A stretch of 62,503 nt of DNA from a virus (Duplodnaviria; Caudoviricetes), in IMG/VR virus record IMGVR_UViG_3300047157_000129, positions 1 to 62,503 of that record. One strand, given 5' to 3'. Of this stretch, positions 21,401 through 32,500 are shown in pieces. Under the pieces are notes generated by a model that worked only from the letters and a program-made list of their open reading frames with translations, had not been told where the DNA came from and ran no database searches. The position numbers and the translations under genes are program-made. Positions within the stretch are counted from its first letter, which is position 1, and each line of letters starts with the position of its first letter.

Positions 21401-21623
21401 TTTTGTAGACTCTACCGTAGACCCTGCTAGTCGTTTAGACATTGCTTACATGACTCATGAGTACGGCGCCGACAATGGAGTTGCTCGCGCCATACACACA
21501 GGCAAAACACTTGAAGACATACGGTCAAATGATCGACATGTCGCTGTTGAGATATGTGGCCCTCGACGCAATGGTGAACCCGTTGTGTTGTACACTCTTG
21601 ATGTGTTCGGGGGAGGCTCATGA
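18462..21623 (+). CDS. tail nozzle/stabilisation protein with inserted GGSGY...P repeats
   Basis: FQDRMWY...IYYSETDEPES and GCINQR beta-propeller motifs; repeated I.V.N.G.GY..PP units. Confidence 0.65.
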   Translation: MSTIDTRFSVTHPICAAEGRYGDVYITQGDVRPSRWTGDPEKPCTDAGIDAPENAPELTLDSEPAFYVARTDVQKPGAVYYAPPEITYSFENRKIVAEDGTVTEVPVNENFREAKAKAYLEQAALNEVEQIEEGKYYPTPPTISLSETHGKGAELEAILDCEPNFIEDENNSSIDGITFYALKGNGPPWEDEQGVALPNEAEPTQYPIFPYVIIPVERNGFGTFDAPYREFNLNNGEGDNCCPDRWFYNMSGTYEVRGLSEDSQGTGAQVQVVGSGFNVTCNSYGEGRFDCEVVDQAPIGVQSLTPYTFGSGYSEDDKPFIRIFPFKTYDFESTSMISCPGAAGSSQEDRCNFKSIVFQGYVGNQAANPNGVGCELKSIKVVNGGSGYLVAPELKIISETGFGAYATCTVKDGKIDTVTIENKGGGYKSPPRIEIVAGGAEAFGVARPHLRGEYQCYYRYTDDTPEDRGGPVPSNLSPVLELDAGEYATSCTWKIEPSLQTDRVTHVELWRSTSGQATTMYRVARIPIDEFPEDGYLDDFTDAELRDPDRLQGDYEIYSAMPILLPNGEINAMRFVPPPEDKRAVVKFQDRMWYGIGGELENAIYYSETDEPESVPEENEVIIQQNDRDADALHAMIPFGPTLFLAQERHLFSLNFSKIPLLDGQISPVAFRGCINQRCWVIHEGYTYVADHYGIYRLGMNGAVEPISDAVFDEFEFNIDWRYSKWNFMSVDFESKTLRLFVVHKEDLQPDYDVHSDINGEVYPTRALCYDIFTKSFWWEKYPTPIASATQTNVENEDYKTLYGGASGVYAIDEGNVDMARGAIMTATVTNRGSGYVVPPKVQTSSGFGGKLQAVIDEEGKLNSIWILDPGYGHAPGPLLVEPSPTGDNAEGIITASPLDEDTAIWPTFHFKTGNVEFPTDETDSKSGAEQRRDIKLNYQPTEGITVDDQWRGNELSVRFYYNDSAYPRYNVSTRDRGIGFVDSTVDPASRLDIAYMTHEYGADNGVARAIHTGKTLEDIRSNDRHVAVEICGPRRNGEPVVLYTLDVFGGGS

Positions 21624-22375
21624 GTTTTCAGTTGCAGTTTGGTTCACTGGCTAAGGAACTACAGAAGGCTGGACTGCCGCAGGATGCCGCTGTGCGCATA
21701 GCGCGGATCTTAGGAAACTCTGGTGGGCCTATGCGTCGGGGGCCAGAAACAACAGATACTACTAATCCTGCTATGTCTCAGGTGTCTGCCGGTAACAGGA
21801 AGCACTGGCTTACAAACACAGACTTCAAGGAAGGAGATCTTGATTATCGTCCACAGAGAAAAAATCAATCTGAGAACAAGTCGCGTCCGACGCAGGCAAG
21901 CGCCGTCCAAAGCACCAAGACGCCACAGGCTACAGACAAACCCTTTGATGTCAGTGGAGGAAAATACACCAACACATCTGCTGAAGGAGACGGAACTTCA
22001 GTCGGACTTAACGTCAAGGGGACAGGACAGTTCATTACCCAAGACGGTGAAGCCAACGCACTTCTTGGAGTTAAAATCAGGGCTGATTGTGATCCCGGAG
22101 TCAATGGGCTTATCCGATTCTGGGAAGAACCTAGAGGCGAAGAGTTCCTCTTACGGTTCCAATTAGACGAAGACGTGCTAAACGATCTTATTGAGTCTAA
22201 AGTTAATGCTATACTTGCTGGTCGTCCTCCCGGAGGTGGCCCAAGTGTTCTTGATGCTATTGTTGGTGTGTCATTAACAGCGGAGTGCTTGTTGTTTACA
22301 AGGCTGCGCGGAGAACCAATTTGCATCCCACTTACGGCTTGCACCGGAGAAGGTGAAGAAGGCAATCCTAACTAG
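21620..22375 (+). CDS. hypothetical protein
   Basis: GGAGG RBS; coupled ORF. Confidence 0.7.
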   Translation: MSFQLQFGSLAKELQKAGLPQDAAVRIARILGNSGGPMRRGPETTDTTNPAMSQVSAGNRKHWLTNTDFKEGDLDYRPQRKNQSENKSRPTQASAVQSTKTPQATDKPFDVSGGKYTNTSAEGDGTSVGLNVKGTGQFITQDGEANALLGVKIRADCDPGVNGLIRFWEEPRGEEFLLRFQLDEDVLNDLIESKVNAILAGRPPGGGPSVLDAIVGVSLTAECLLFTRLRGEPICIPLTACTGEGEEGNPN

Positions 22376-22383
22376 GTATTGAA

Positions 22384-24333
22384 ATGTCCCTAAGCACACT
22401 AGCAGGAGGCCTGCTCACGGAAGCTGGTGCTCTTGTATTAAACTGCTGCTGTATTGTTTTAGACATTGTGTGCGACAGAAAGCCGTGTCTTCGTGACACA
22501 GATTGCAAGTACTTCCCTGATTGCATTTGTATTAACGGTCGATGTGAGGACGCCGTACGCGAGGAGTGTCCTCCGGGTTACACGGAGATTCCATTAGATG
22601 ATGGCAGCGGATTGGTGCGATGTGTGCCAAACTGCACCGGAGACCCTTGCCAACAGACTGCGGATTGTGCTGAGGGTTGCGTTTGCGTTGATGGCAAATG
22701 CGTTCCATCTAGCGATGCGTTCTTTTGTGTTGATGGTGAGTGCCAGCGTGGTGGGGATTTAGTGTACGACCCTGCTGATCCTGATCGCCCGAAGGGTCCA
22801 TATAACACATACAGTGCTTGTTGCATGTCCACAGACGAAGATGGCAATATGTGCGGATGTGGCTTTGCCTGTCTTGAGAGTTGCCAGTGCATTCCTTCTG
22901 AGGAGCAAGTGGATTACGAAAGCTATCAGGAGTGTCGTGCTCAGTGCTGTGATCCTGATGACGGTGGGCGTTGTTGTTACAACGAAGTGATTAAGAATGC
23001 TGCCGGTGATCTTCTGTCTGTTACATGGTATGACTGCGTAAACAGCCTGAACGAAGACTGCGAAGATGGTCCTATTGAACCTACAGCTGGAGGTGGAACT
23101 CGTCAGATTACTTCTAGGTTTACGAAAGGCGTTGATTGCGACGAAGGCGGCCCTCCTGACCCAAATCTCCCGTGGGGCGAAGGTTGTCCGATACCGGAAT
23201 ATGGTGCTTGCTGTATCTTGGATGGGAATGATGTAATTGAGTGCATAGAGGAAACAAAAGTTGTCTGCGACGACATGCCAAATCGTCCCGGAGATTTTCC
23301 TCAGTATCCTCCGGGATTTACTACAGATTCAAAATCATCCAGATGGTCAGATTGCACAACACACCGTGATTCAACCGTCCTTGAAGATTTTGCATGCGAT
23401 GACTGTAATGGCAAGAAGGACTGTGCATGCGAATCAGACGAGCGATGCGACAACAATTTGAGTGGTTGCACGTCATGCTACGACAATGATCCTTCAAAGC
23501 GTTGGCGACAATGGTTCGTGCTCAGGCGGGAGTCGATAGGCAGATTGGTGACGTTTCTAAAGGTGAAACGGTTACATTTCTACATTCGTAATTGCACAAC
23601 AGATGCAGCTGGCAATCAAGCTCCGGTTACTGACCGAAAGGCTAAAATTTTTATTACTGGCAGCTGTGGAGAAAGTCAACAGAAAGAGATTGAAGATCAA
23701 GGCCAGTTCCCTGTAGATTACAGCGGCACGTTGTACGTGACAGGAGTTCAGGGGATACCAGAAGTTCAAGTTTGCATTACTCTAGAACGAGATGTTTCTA
23801 CCAATCAAGATTGTGACGCCTGTTTTCCTCCTGACGAGGACTTTTCCAGTGATAACAACGGTGAAGTCATATGGGAAAGCTCTGCTGTCCCAGTGATATA
23901 TGTCCCTCAAGAATGGGAGTGGGAGGATGGTTATCCTCAGTGCTTTACTGGTGGAGTGACCGTGATACGTTTTGAGAGGCGATGGACGGACAATTTAAGA
24001 GGCCAGTTCACTCGTCAGTGGGACACTCATTTTTTTACGTGCGACAATGGTTCCATGACGGACGTCACCCAGTTTGTCATTCGTGGAGGGTCTATGACCT
24101 TTGCATTAAACTGTAATAATGGGGCTCAACAACTCCCGGTTGCCGTTGGTCTTACCAACCTAAAAGGCGAGTATAGTTGGGATGCACAGCTTTGCGTCAC
24201 GGAGAATACGTGGGACGCCTACGGAATGCGTCCGGGCTTACAAGGTCCGCCACCAGAATACGATATTTGCGGTAGATTTCAGTGTCCAGAAACTGGATGC
24301 GAGCCGGATACGCGGAACAACCCACTTCCGTGA
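22384..24333 (+). CDS. very cysteine-rich protein, probably virion-surface
   Basis: 649 aa; repeated C-x2-D-x-DC...C-x-C-x2-G-x-C and G(R/A)CC units. Confidence 0.75.
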   Translation: MSLSTLAGGLLTEAGALVLNCCCIVLDIVCDRKPCLRDTDCKYFPDCICINGRCEDAVREECPPGYTEIPLDDGSGLVRCVPNCTGDPCQQTADCAEGCVCVDGKCVPSSDAFFCVDGECQRGGDLVYDPADPDRPKGPYNTYSACCMSTDEDGNMCGCGFACLESCQCIPSEEQVDYESYQECRAQCCDPDDGGRCCYNEVIKNAAGDLLSVTWYDCVNSLNEDCEDGPIEPTAGGGTRQITSRFTKGVDCDEGGPPDPNLPWGEGCPIPEYGACCILDGNDVIECIEETKVVCDDMPNRPGDFPQYPPGFTTDSKSSRWSDCTTHRDSTVLEDFACDDCNGKKDCACESDERCDNNLSGCTSCYDNDPSKRWRQWFVLRRESIGRLVTFLKVKRLHFYIRNCTTDAAGNQAPVTDRKAKIFITGSCGESQQKEIEDQGQFPVDYSGTLYVTGVQGIPEVQVCITLERDVSTNQDCDACFPPDEDFSSDNNGEVIWESSAVPVIYVPQEWEWEDGYPQCFTGGVTVIRFERRWTDNLRGQFTRQWDTHFFTCDNGSMTDVTQFVIRGGSMTFALNCNNGAQQLPVAVGLTNLKGEYSWDAQLCVTENTWDAYGMRPGLQGPPPEYDICGRFQCPETGCEPDTRNNPLP

Positions 24334-24360
24334 TATACTGTCTGAACAGGAGGTATCCCC

Positions 24361-24783
24361 ATGATAATGTGCGACAAAGTGTTCTTGGAAGAACGGTGCA
24401 AACAGCGTGGATATACGTTTGAGGAAGTGGAGCCTTGTATTGTAAAGCGTGAAGGAGACACGCTTTGGGTAGATGAGCACCACGAGAAGTATCCTCACGG
24501 CAAGTCCCCAGTAAAGACAAAGGCTAAAGGTGGTCCCGGCACAGAACTCCACAAGCTGCTCGGAAAACTCGGACTTTCGCCTGTAGAGGGCTGTAAATGC
24601 AAGGGACGCGCTCGAAAGATGGATGAATGGGGTCCGGACATCTGCGAAGACAGAATCAATGAAATAGTCGGCTGGATGGAAGAAGAAGCCAGAAAGCGAA
24701 AAAAGTGGTTTGTTCGCTGGCCTGCCAAGACTGTAGTGCTGTTAGCCATTAAGAAAGCCCGTAAAGCCCAAAAACTGGCCTAA
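24361..24783 (+). CDS. hypothetical protein
   Basis: AGGAGGT RBS; TGaTATACT extended -10 at 24331; GPGTEL...CKC motif. Confidence 0.75.
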   Translation: MIMCDKVFLEERCKQRGYTFEEVEPCIVKREGDTLWVDEHHEKYPHGKSPVKTKAKGGPGTELHKLLGKLGLSPVEGCKCKGRARKMDEWGPDICEDRINEIVGWMEEEARKRKKWFVRWPAKTVVLLAIKKARKAQKLA

Positions 24784-24793
24784 TCAGACATAA
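24765..24793 (+). promoter_or_regulatory. putative phage-specific promoter AGCCCA-N16-GACATAA (copy 2)
   Basis: Also shares downstream A(C/T)CCCATGAGG with copy 1. Confidence 0.7.
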
Positions 24794-24811
24794 ATCCCAT
24801 GAGGTGCTTCT

Positions 24812-24979
24812 ATGGCTAAAAAATCACAAAGCGGTCGTTCTGCGGTTATTCGAGAGCTTTTGGCTAATCAGGAGCCAACGGTATCTGAACCCACGCATAC
24901 ATCTAAGAAAACTGCACCTCATCCACATACACAAAAATACGAAGGACTTAAACCATGTCAGAACAAGCCGGCGTCGTAA
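24812..24979 (+). CDS. small basic hypothetical protein (55 aa)
   Basis: Not in the ORF track; GAGGT RBS directly after the promoter motif. Confidence 0.55.
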   Translation: MAKKSQSGRSAVIRELLANQEPTVSEPTHTSKKTAPHPHTQKYEGLKPCQNKPAS

Positions 24980-25287
24980 TTAAAAAAGGAGGCGGTGGTG
25001 GCGGAAGCGTCAGTAATAGCATTACTTATGACAACAGCGCCATACATGAGGCTCGTAAGTCAAAATCTGCTGCCAACCAAATGCAAGGCAAGGCTTGGAA
25101 GGCAGCCTACGACGGTGACATAAGCACATCTATGGACACTGCGCAGTCTATTCGCAGCCTTCAGCAGCAGGCAAAAGACGCACATAACACTGGCTCTCTT
25201 GTTGCGTCAAAACGAAGCAGCGCAACAGCGCCTACAAAAGGCACACAAACTTACAGTTATGACAATCGACCAACAAAGGAGAAATAA
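24955..25287 (+). CDS. hypothetical (internal virion?) protein
   Basis: ORF in the cluster preceding the ejection proteins. Confidence 0.6.
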   Translation: MSEQAGVVIKKGGGGGGSVSNSITYDNSAIHEARKSKSAANQMQGKAWKAAYDGDISTSMDTAQSIRSLQQQAKDAHNTGSLVASKRSSATAPTKGTQTYSYDNRPTKEK

Positions 25288-25430
25288 TGTACGGGAATAT
25301 CCTGTCACAAGAACAGCAACGCAAAAACTCTGCAACTTCAGCAGATAACGCAAACAAGGCAACAAAAACAAAAGGCTTGCTGGCGATGCTAGCTGGCGAT
25401 AAAAAAGGCATGAAGGATTCATACAAATAA
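25287..25430 (+). CDS. small hypothetical protein (47 aa)
   Basis: AAGGAG RBS; TAATG coupling at both ends. Confidence 0.6.
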   Translation: MYGNILSQEQQRKNSATSADNANKATKTKGLLAMLAGDKKGMKDSYK

Positions 25431-25789
25431 TGAGTTACAACGCCGTTGGTTTTAATCCGGGTCGAAGTGTTCTTTCTGCTTTGCCGGCTGGCAGTCCTAG
25501 TCGCGGTAAGGCTCAAGGAGCTATGTCACAGCTTAAGCTTGAGTCTGCGAAAGCTAACCAGCAAGCTGCCGTGACGGACATGAAGAATGAAGCCGCGCAG
25601 CGTCAGGCTCATGCTGGCAATCGCGCTAAGCAGCAGCAGAACGCTGTACAGATCGAAGGCGCTAAAAACTCAAACGCTATAGCTGGTGAAAAAGGTCGCG
25701 CTGATCAAAAGAACTCATGGGCAGCGCACCATCAAGGAAAGAAAAATCAAAAAATGGGGCAAGTCCTAGACGGCTTGATTAAATCCTAA
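25430..25789 (+). CDS. Ala/Gln-rich putative internal virion protein
   Basis: Composition and position. Confidence 0.55.
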   Translation: MSYNAVGFNPGRSVLSALPAGSPSRGKAQGAMSQLKLESAKANQQAAVTDMKNEAAQRQAHAGNRAKQQQNAVQIEGAKNSNAIAGEKGRADQKNSWAAHHQGKKNQKMGQVLDGLIKS

Positions 25790-26289
25790 TGGCACTCGGA
25801 ATTGACAACAAACTAAAAAGCAGCATGACTCCTTCGCTGAGTCCGAAAGCGCCGTCGTATCCACAAATAGGCGATCGTACCGTTAGTAATGCAAACAACA
25901 ACATTATGGCGGGTGCTGCTGGAAACAACCGCATGGCTCAGCAGGCTATGGCAGGACGTGGAATGTCGTCTGGTAAAGGCCAAGACTTTCGCGCTAATGT
26001 AGCGCAGGATGATGCCACGATAAAAGCAGCTGTTGGCGCAGCCAAGAACACGATGGATGTATCGTCTGCGAACAACGCAGCGCGTCAACAGTCTGAACAA
26101 ATACGGAAGATGGAAGATATCAGTACTCAGGGAATCCTTAATGGTCTAGCTGGGTCTCAAGCAATGAACTCTCTCAACCGTCAAGGAGCAATGACTGCTT
26201 TGAATAATTCAAACAACATGGCGTTTGTTCAAAGGCAACAAAACAAGTTTGATGCACAACCACAGATTCTCCAATACCTATTGAGTTAA
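25789..26289 (+). CDS. Ala/Asn/Gln-rich putative internal virion protein
   Basis: Composition and position. Confidence 0.55.
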   Translation: MALGIDNKLKSSMTPSLSPKAPSYPQIGDRTVSNANNNIMAGAAGNNRMAQQAMAGRGMSSGKGQDFRANVAQDDATIKAAVGAAKNTMDVSSANNAARQQSEQIRKMEDISTQGILNGLAGSQAMNSLNRQGAMTALNNSNNMAFVQRQQNKFDAQPQILQYLLS

Positions 26290-26291
26290 CT

Positions 26292-26576
26292 ATGAAAACT
26301 GAAAACGACATTGACAACATGGATGATGACGAACTGACACCAGCGCAGTTGCGTCGACGCATTAAAAAGCTTCGTCAGAAACTCTCTGATAAAACAGAAG
26401 ATGAAAAAGACAAAGAAGCTGATTCCCAGAACAAGGACCGCGAAGAGCTAGCTGACCTTCATCACGAAGGCAAGCACAAGTCTGATAGCTACGAAGACGA
26501 AGAAGATGCTGTCACAAACTTTGACGAAGACAAGCAAGACAAAAAAGAAGACAAGTCTGACAAGAAGGAAGACTGA
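26292..26576 (+). CDS. highly charged hypothetical protein
   Basis: Coupled ORF, D/E/K-rich. Confidence 0.65.
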   Translation: MKTENDIDNMDDDELTPAQLRRRIKKLRQKLSDKTEDEKDKEADSQNKDREELADLHHEGKHKSDSYEDEEDAVTNFDEDKQDKKEDKSDKKED

Positions 26577-29500
26577 TGGGATTTCGCGCTCGCAACAAAG
26601 CACAAGTGGCGATGTACAACCAGATCGCCAACGACATTCGTAGAATTACGGACGACACGGTGAAAGGTCCAAACTTTCATCCTGATCAGCTTCCTCAGCG
26701 TGATTTTAATATGTTGCTTGAAGCGACACTAGATGACCTGTCGCCAAATGCAAAAAAACAGTACTCTAAATTGCCTCCAGAAGAGCAAGAGAATCTAAAG
26801 GCTGATTTGTACAGGGAGGTTGTATTTGGCGAGAAACCTCAAATTGAGGGTGTTCCAAACGCGCCAGACCCAAACAGCAAAGCGGGCGTAACAGGAGATG
26901 TTCAGACGGACGAGCCTCCTGAGCCTCAGTTTGGTGCGCCTGCAACAAAGACAAATCAGGCTCCAGCACAAGTAGTTGGAGACACAACAGACGCAGACGG
27001 AGAAACTGTCAAGCAGATTGCTGATCTTCCAACAGATAAGCCCGGATCTGGTATTTCGTCTTCAGGTGTTTCTACTTTTCCACGTGACCAGAAAATTCTT
27101 GATAGCACTCAGGAACTGCTGGATGGTGGCGAGTCTTTACTAGACAGCATTGAGGAGGGAACTGCTGTTAATCCCAATCAAATCAGACGAGACTTATCAA
27201 ACTTTGTGAGTCGTTTGAGTGATGCGCGTGAGGAACTTAAAAGCACTACGATGAGTGCCAGTTTTGAGGATGCTCCTAGATTGCAACGTGCCGCAGAGCT
27301 ACGTAAACGCATTGATCAAATAGAAAAACGTATCAATGACGGAGCACAAGGAAGCGTTGATCTGAACGCCCCAGATGTCAGCACTAACATGGATGACGTT
27401 ATTAACGTATGGGCTGATAAGGTTGGCGATAAGATTATTGAAGAGGATATGTCTCCCGGAGCACAGGGCTTGCAAGACTGGGCGGAAACAGAGTCCGATC
27501 TTGCGATGGGTGGTGGCGGCGACAAACCACCAAAGGAAAAATACAGGGTAGCTTCTGGTACGTCCGGCGATGCCACCAATGACAGCATTATAGCCGACTC
27601 TCGCATTGCGTCACCAGATGAAGCGATTGGTGAGAATGTTGAGTTACTTGGCTCACCTGTCTTGCTTGAAGATGGGTCTGGTCAAAGCAAGTCATTGTTC
27701 AGTTTTGTTCCAGCAGGCGATGACACTCGTTCGTTGATGCCAGAAGGCTACCAGCCAGCGCGTGTATTTGTTCTTGGAGATGTTGTTCCGCATGCAGTGG
27801 ATCCTAGTAAGGCAATCATTAAGTTTGGAACAGACCACTACATGCCTGATGCGGGCGGATTCCGTAAGCTTGAACCGGGCGAATGGAATGATATCAGAGG
27901 TGAATATAAAAGAGAAATACTTGCGACAGATCGTGACGCCTCATACGCAGCAGCTTCAGAGGCTCAGGATCGGCTTGTAGAACAGAACACTAACAAAGGA
28001 ATGCTTCCTAACCCTTTACAGGGTGAAAACAAAGCAATCAATGATAGGTGGAATCGTGAAGCAATTAGTGAGCGAGAAGTTAACCAACTAGGTGAGGTTA
28101 CAGAAGCTGGCGATCCACAAGCAACGCTATTTGTTTACGATACGAATAGGGGTGGGTTTGTTAAGACTGACCCATCAGTTGCTGAAGCCGACAAAGTTCC
28201 TTTGCAGCAGCGCGTTTACGTACGTATTCGTCCACAAGACGCTACTGACGTGGTTGACCGAAGCGTAATCAAAGAGTCCTTAAAGACTTCTCTTGGCGTC
28301 CTTAGCGATATGCTTCTCACGGAAGTTAGAAAAAGGCATCCTGCACTGGACGCTTCGGGCCTATCGCCTATATCACGCAGCAGCAAACCCAACTCATTGG
28401 AAACGCATCGTGGGGCTTCTCTCGGTACAGCCGGAGCTAATTTGGATCAAGGTAGAGCAGCAGCTCAAGACTTGGCAAATATGCTACGCGCTGTTGGTAC
28501 ACCAGAGACTCGCCAGCTCTTAGAAGAGTCTAATGCTACAAACTTTCTGTCTGGCTTCAAGACTCGTCAGGATCGTGGGAAAGACATCCTGTCTCTTTTC
28601 ACAGACAAAGACGGCACACGTTCTTATGCAACCGATGCACAAGGAAATGCCATAACTGATGAAAATGGATTGCCAATTACCATCAGCAGACAGCTTACAG
28701 GTGACGATCCTGCTGTTTCTGGCGTAAATCTCCCAGCAGGATATCTTGACACGCAACGTCCAAAAGATCTCGATCTTCAAGATCAAGAAGTAGTGATCCG
28801 CAAAGTGGGTGAATACCTTACTGTTGATGAGCAGATCAAGCAGTTAGAGGATCTCGGGCAAACAGACAATCAAGCGTACGCGGATTTAAAGTTACAAAAA
28901 AATACATTTGAATTAGAACTTGCTCAGCTAACAGACTCAAAGAGTCATCAAGATTTAATCGACAATATTTTAGACACGTTGCTATACAACAATCTAAAAG
29001 GTTCTGTTGATGGCACAACTAAAAAACGAGTTGATGGATCAGGTGCGCCTACAGCAAATAGCGGTTACACCGTAGAAGGCGTACCAACAGGACAGATTGG
29101 CCCAGATGGTAAGCCAATAATGACGACGCCAGCTCCGTCATCCGTTCCGGAGTCTATGCGTGGATTTCTTGTATCTGAACGTGAAGGCGGGGCTTCAACT
29201 GTAGGCGATGTATTTGAGTTACGACAACGACTTGAGAGAGCTGCTGACACAAGTAATAACACTGGCACTGGCGTTCGCATCAGCGATGAGGACGTCAAGT
29301 TCCTTGATGTTCCTAGTGCGCCTCAAGCAATCGCTGGTGCCATGAGAGACCGTTTTGACGCAGTGACATCAAAATCATTGCAGGGCTCTTTCTTTGATGA
29401 GTACAAGGGTTTAGTCAATGAAGGGATTCAGGACGTTGAAGCGCTAGGTCAAATTGGCAACACGCTAATGCGGAATGGCTTTGCTCCAACAGAAAACATC

Positions 29501-32500
29501 ATACTTGCAGCAAAAGCCAAGCGAGATCGTCTAGCCAGAAGGCTTGAGGAAGCGCAACTAAAACTCAGGGATGACGAAGCAAAGAATGCAATTCAAGTAG
29601 TAGGTGATCTTCCAATATCGCCCGAAACACTTGACCAAGACAGAAGAAGCATCAAGGAGCTTACGGAAGCCTTCAACGAGTCTCGTCGTGTTCTTGGTGA
29701 AATGTTGGAAGCAAAGAAAGAATTCCCTCAGTTTTCTACGGCAGACATTAGTGAGATTGAGTGGCCCGAGAACGCTGCCTCTATCATTCGTGGGTTGAGC
29801 CCTGAAGACAAAGAAATCATTGGCGAAGAACTAGCGTCTATGTTTCGTCGTGGTGAAAGCGACACACTCGGCAATGCAGTCACAGTCCCAGAATCAGTTG
29901 AAGAACTTCTGGAACTGACAGATGAGATTGCGGACTACGATCCTAATCGCGTATTGCGAGACGCACTCGATGTTGCACGTCGAAACTACGCAGAAGCTAA
30001 CAGAGGGTACGAAGGAGGCAAGAGTACGCAGATTGCTGAGGCGAGATCGCGTATCCAATTCATTCAAGACCAAATGAGAAAGCTCAAAAACGGTCAGGAG
30101 TTAGATCCAGAATTTCAGCAACGTATTATGCCGGGTGCGCGTAATAGCAGAACATATGATGATCCGCAGTTCCAAGCATCTACTCAAGACAGAAGTTCAA
30201 AGTTGTTGCGATTGTTTGGCGAAGCATTTCGTGAGCGTGGCGTTGAGATGCCAGCGTTTGCTGACACAAACATGGGGTCACGGCAGGGTCAGGTTAGCAC
30301 TGGAATGCTAGAACGTTACCAAGAACTTCAAGACGATCTCGATCCAAAATACATTGAACAAACAAAATCTGTCATTGCTAGAGACGAAGGTCCGGATCGG
30401 GTCGAAGCTGTTATTCAGGCAAAACGAGAAGAGTTGGCCCAACTCGAAGGCAAGATGATGGAAGCTGCCGATGGCGCTGAAATCAGCAAGGGTGAGTTGA
30501 TTACTCAGATAGAGCAGCAGGAAGATGAATTTGTATCGCAAAGCCTGACAACACTCTTTGCACGAGACGGCAAGATAACGCCTCAGGGTGAAGATGCATT
30601 GGCTATCTTATGGAATGCTGATCCGCAAAGGGAAAGTCTTCCTGACGTCGACCCATTGTCTGCAATGAATCGTATATTCCAGCACTTGAAGGATTGGGGT
30701 AACAACACAAATCCTTTGAAGCTAAGTAGGGCAGAGTATCAAGAGGGTATTGTTGACCTTCTGACATCTAGCTACATGAGGACTAATCTTGGTGCTGGTA
30801 CGGGTGCTGCGGACGTTGCTACTACTTCTAATCCCGCCAACCGTTTTGACACAAACGCGGGAATGAAACAACGAAATCCCGGCGATCCAGAGGTTGGCGA
30901 TACAACTGGCGGTCGTCTGCCAACAGATGGTGACAACACAGCACAGCAGCGTAGCGTTGACGAGCGCCGAACCGATTTCAATAGCGCTAACTTTGCAAAC
31001 AAATACAGGCAGCTTGCAGCAAACAGGAGGCGATATCGAGAGCTACTCCGTGACTTGGAAGGCGCTGATACTCAGGACCGTCTACGGCTGGATTACAGTG
31101 GCAGCGCAATGATCAGGAAGGGGACTGAATATAATCGTGAATGGTTGCAAAACCGTATAGCTAATATTGATGCTGATCTCGAAGCCATGATGCAAGAGTT
31201 TGAGCAAGTCAGTGGAACTAATCCACGTGTTGCAATACAAACACAGCTAGAAGGCGCTGCTCGTCAGACGAACAATCCGGGATTAAGTAATCTTGATAAC
31301 ACACCGGGAGGTGGGCGGACATTTACTATGGACGCTTGGAAAGATCACCTTGATCGCGTACGTACCGCCGAGCCAGAAAACACGGAACGAGCAGCAGCGC
31401 TGCGCAACATGACTGCTATACTCGAAGGTCAACAGCGCGAGCAGAAAGCTATCCGAACTCCAGAGGAAACAGCTGGCATTGTCAATCGTGCTCGGAGAGA
31501 GTATGGCGCAGTACTGAACGAGGATGATTTCGGCAAGTTTGAAGGCATGCTAAATGATCTAGACGCTTTGTACGAGAACCCTCCTTCAACACCTCCTTAC
31601 GAACCACGTGCCAAAGGAACTGACATAGGAGCCGAAGACGCTGAGCCAGAATACACACCAACGGCTCAGTACGCAGACATTTCAATATTGAGCTACGGCA
31701 ACCTGCCTGAAGTACAGAAGCTACAAGACAAGCTGGATGCGATTGACGCTGAGCTAGAGACACTGCCTTCTACGGATATTGGCAAAAGAGACACGCTAGT
31801 CAACCAAAGAAATCGCTTGCAGAACGAAATTGCTGCATCTGTCAGACCGGCTGGTGGAAACGGCACAATCTACGTCAGCGACCCAAGTGCTCGCCGGATA
31901 ATGTCAAATGTTATTGACGGGAACTTTGCTCCGGGACAGCTTGACGTTGGCTCGAGTAGCAATCAATTTATCAATGATTATGTCGGCTACAGTCCGGATC
32001 GTATTGTCGCAGAGCGCCAAAGAATCTTGGACGAACTCAAGAATCGTGATGTCATTGACGGAAAGACTTCGGCAGTAGACGAAGGAGACGTTCGTTCTAA
32101 AGATGATATCAACGAGCCAGATGCGCCAGAAGAAGTGGACACAAGTCTCGGCAGCACCGATGACGAAGCGCTAGATTCAGAACAAGGTGCTGCATACCTT
32201 GATAAAGTTTCAGCTTCTGGAGGAGGCACTGAAGGCACTCAGTTAGGGTCCACTGCTTTAGACGCAAAAATCACTGCAATTCGTAGGCAAATTACCGAAC
32301 AAGGTGGAGACGATGCTGCAAAAGCAACGCTCGGAATGTACGAAGAGTTTCGTGGACGTCTTGAGGCTCTTGAAAAAGTTGAGAAGGGTGCGGTTGGTGC
32401 CGATAACGTTGTGACCCCAGAGTCAATAAATACTCAACTTGTGTTTGTCAAACGAGACGGAAAGGATGTTCCATTCCTTCGGGTTGAAGCAGCTGTTAAT

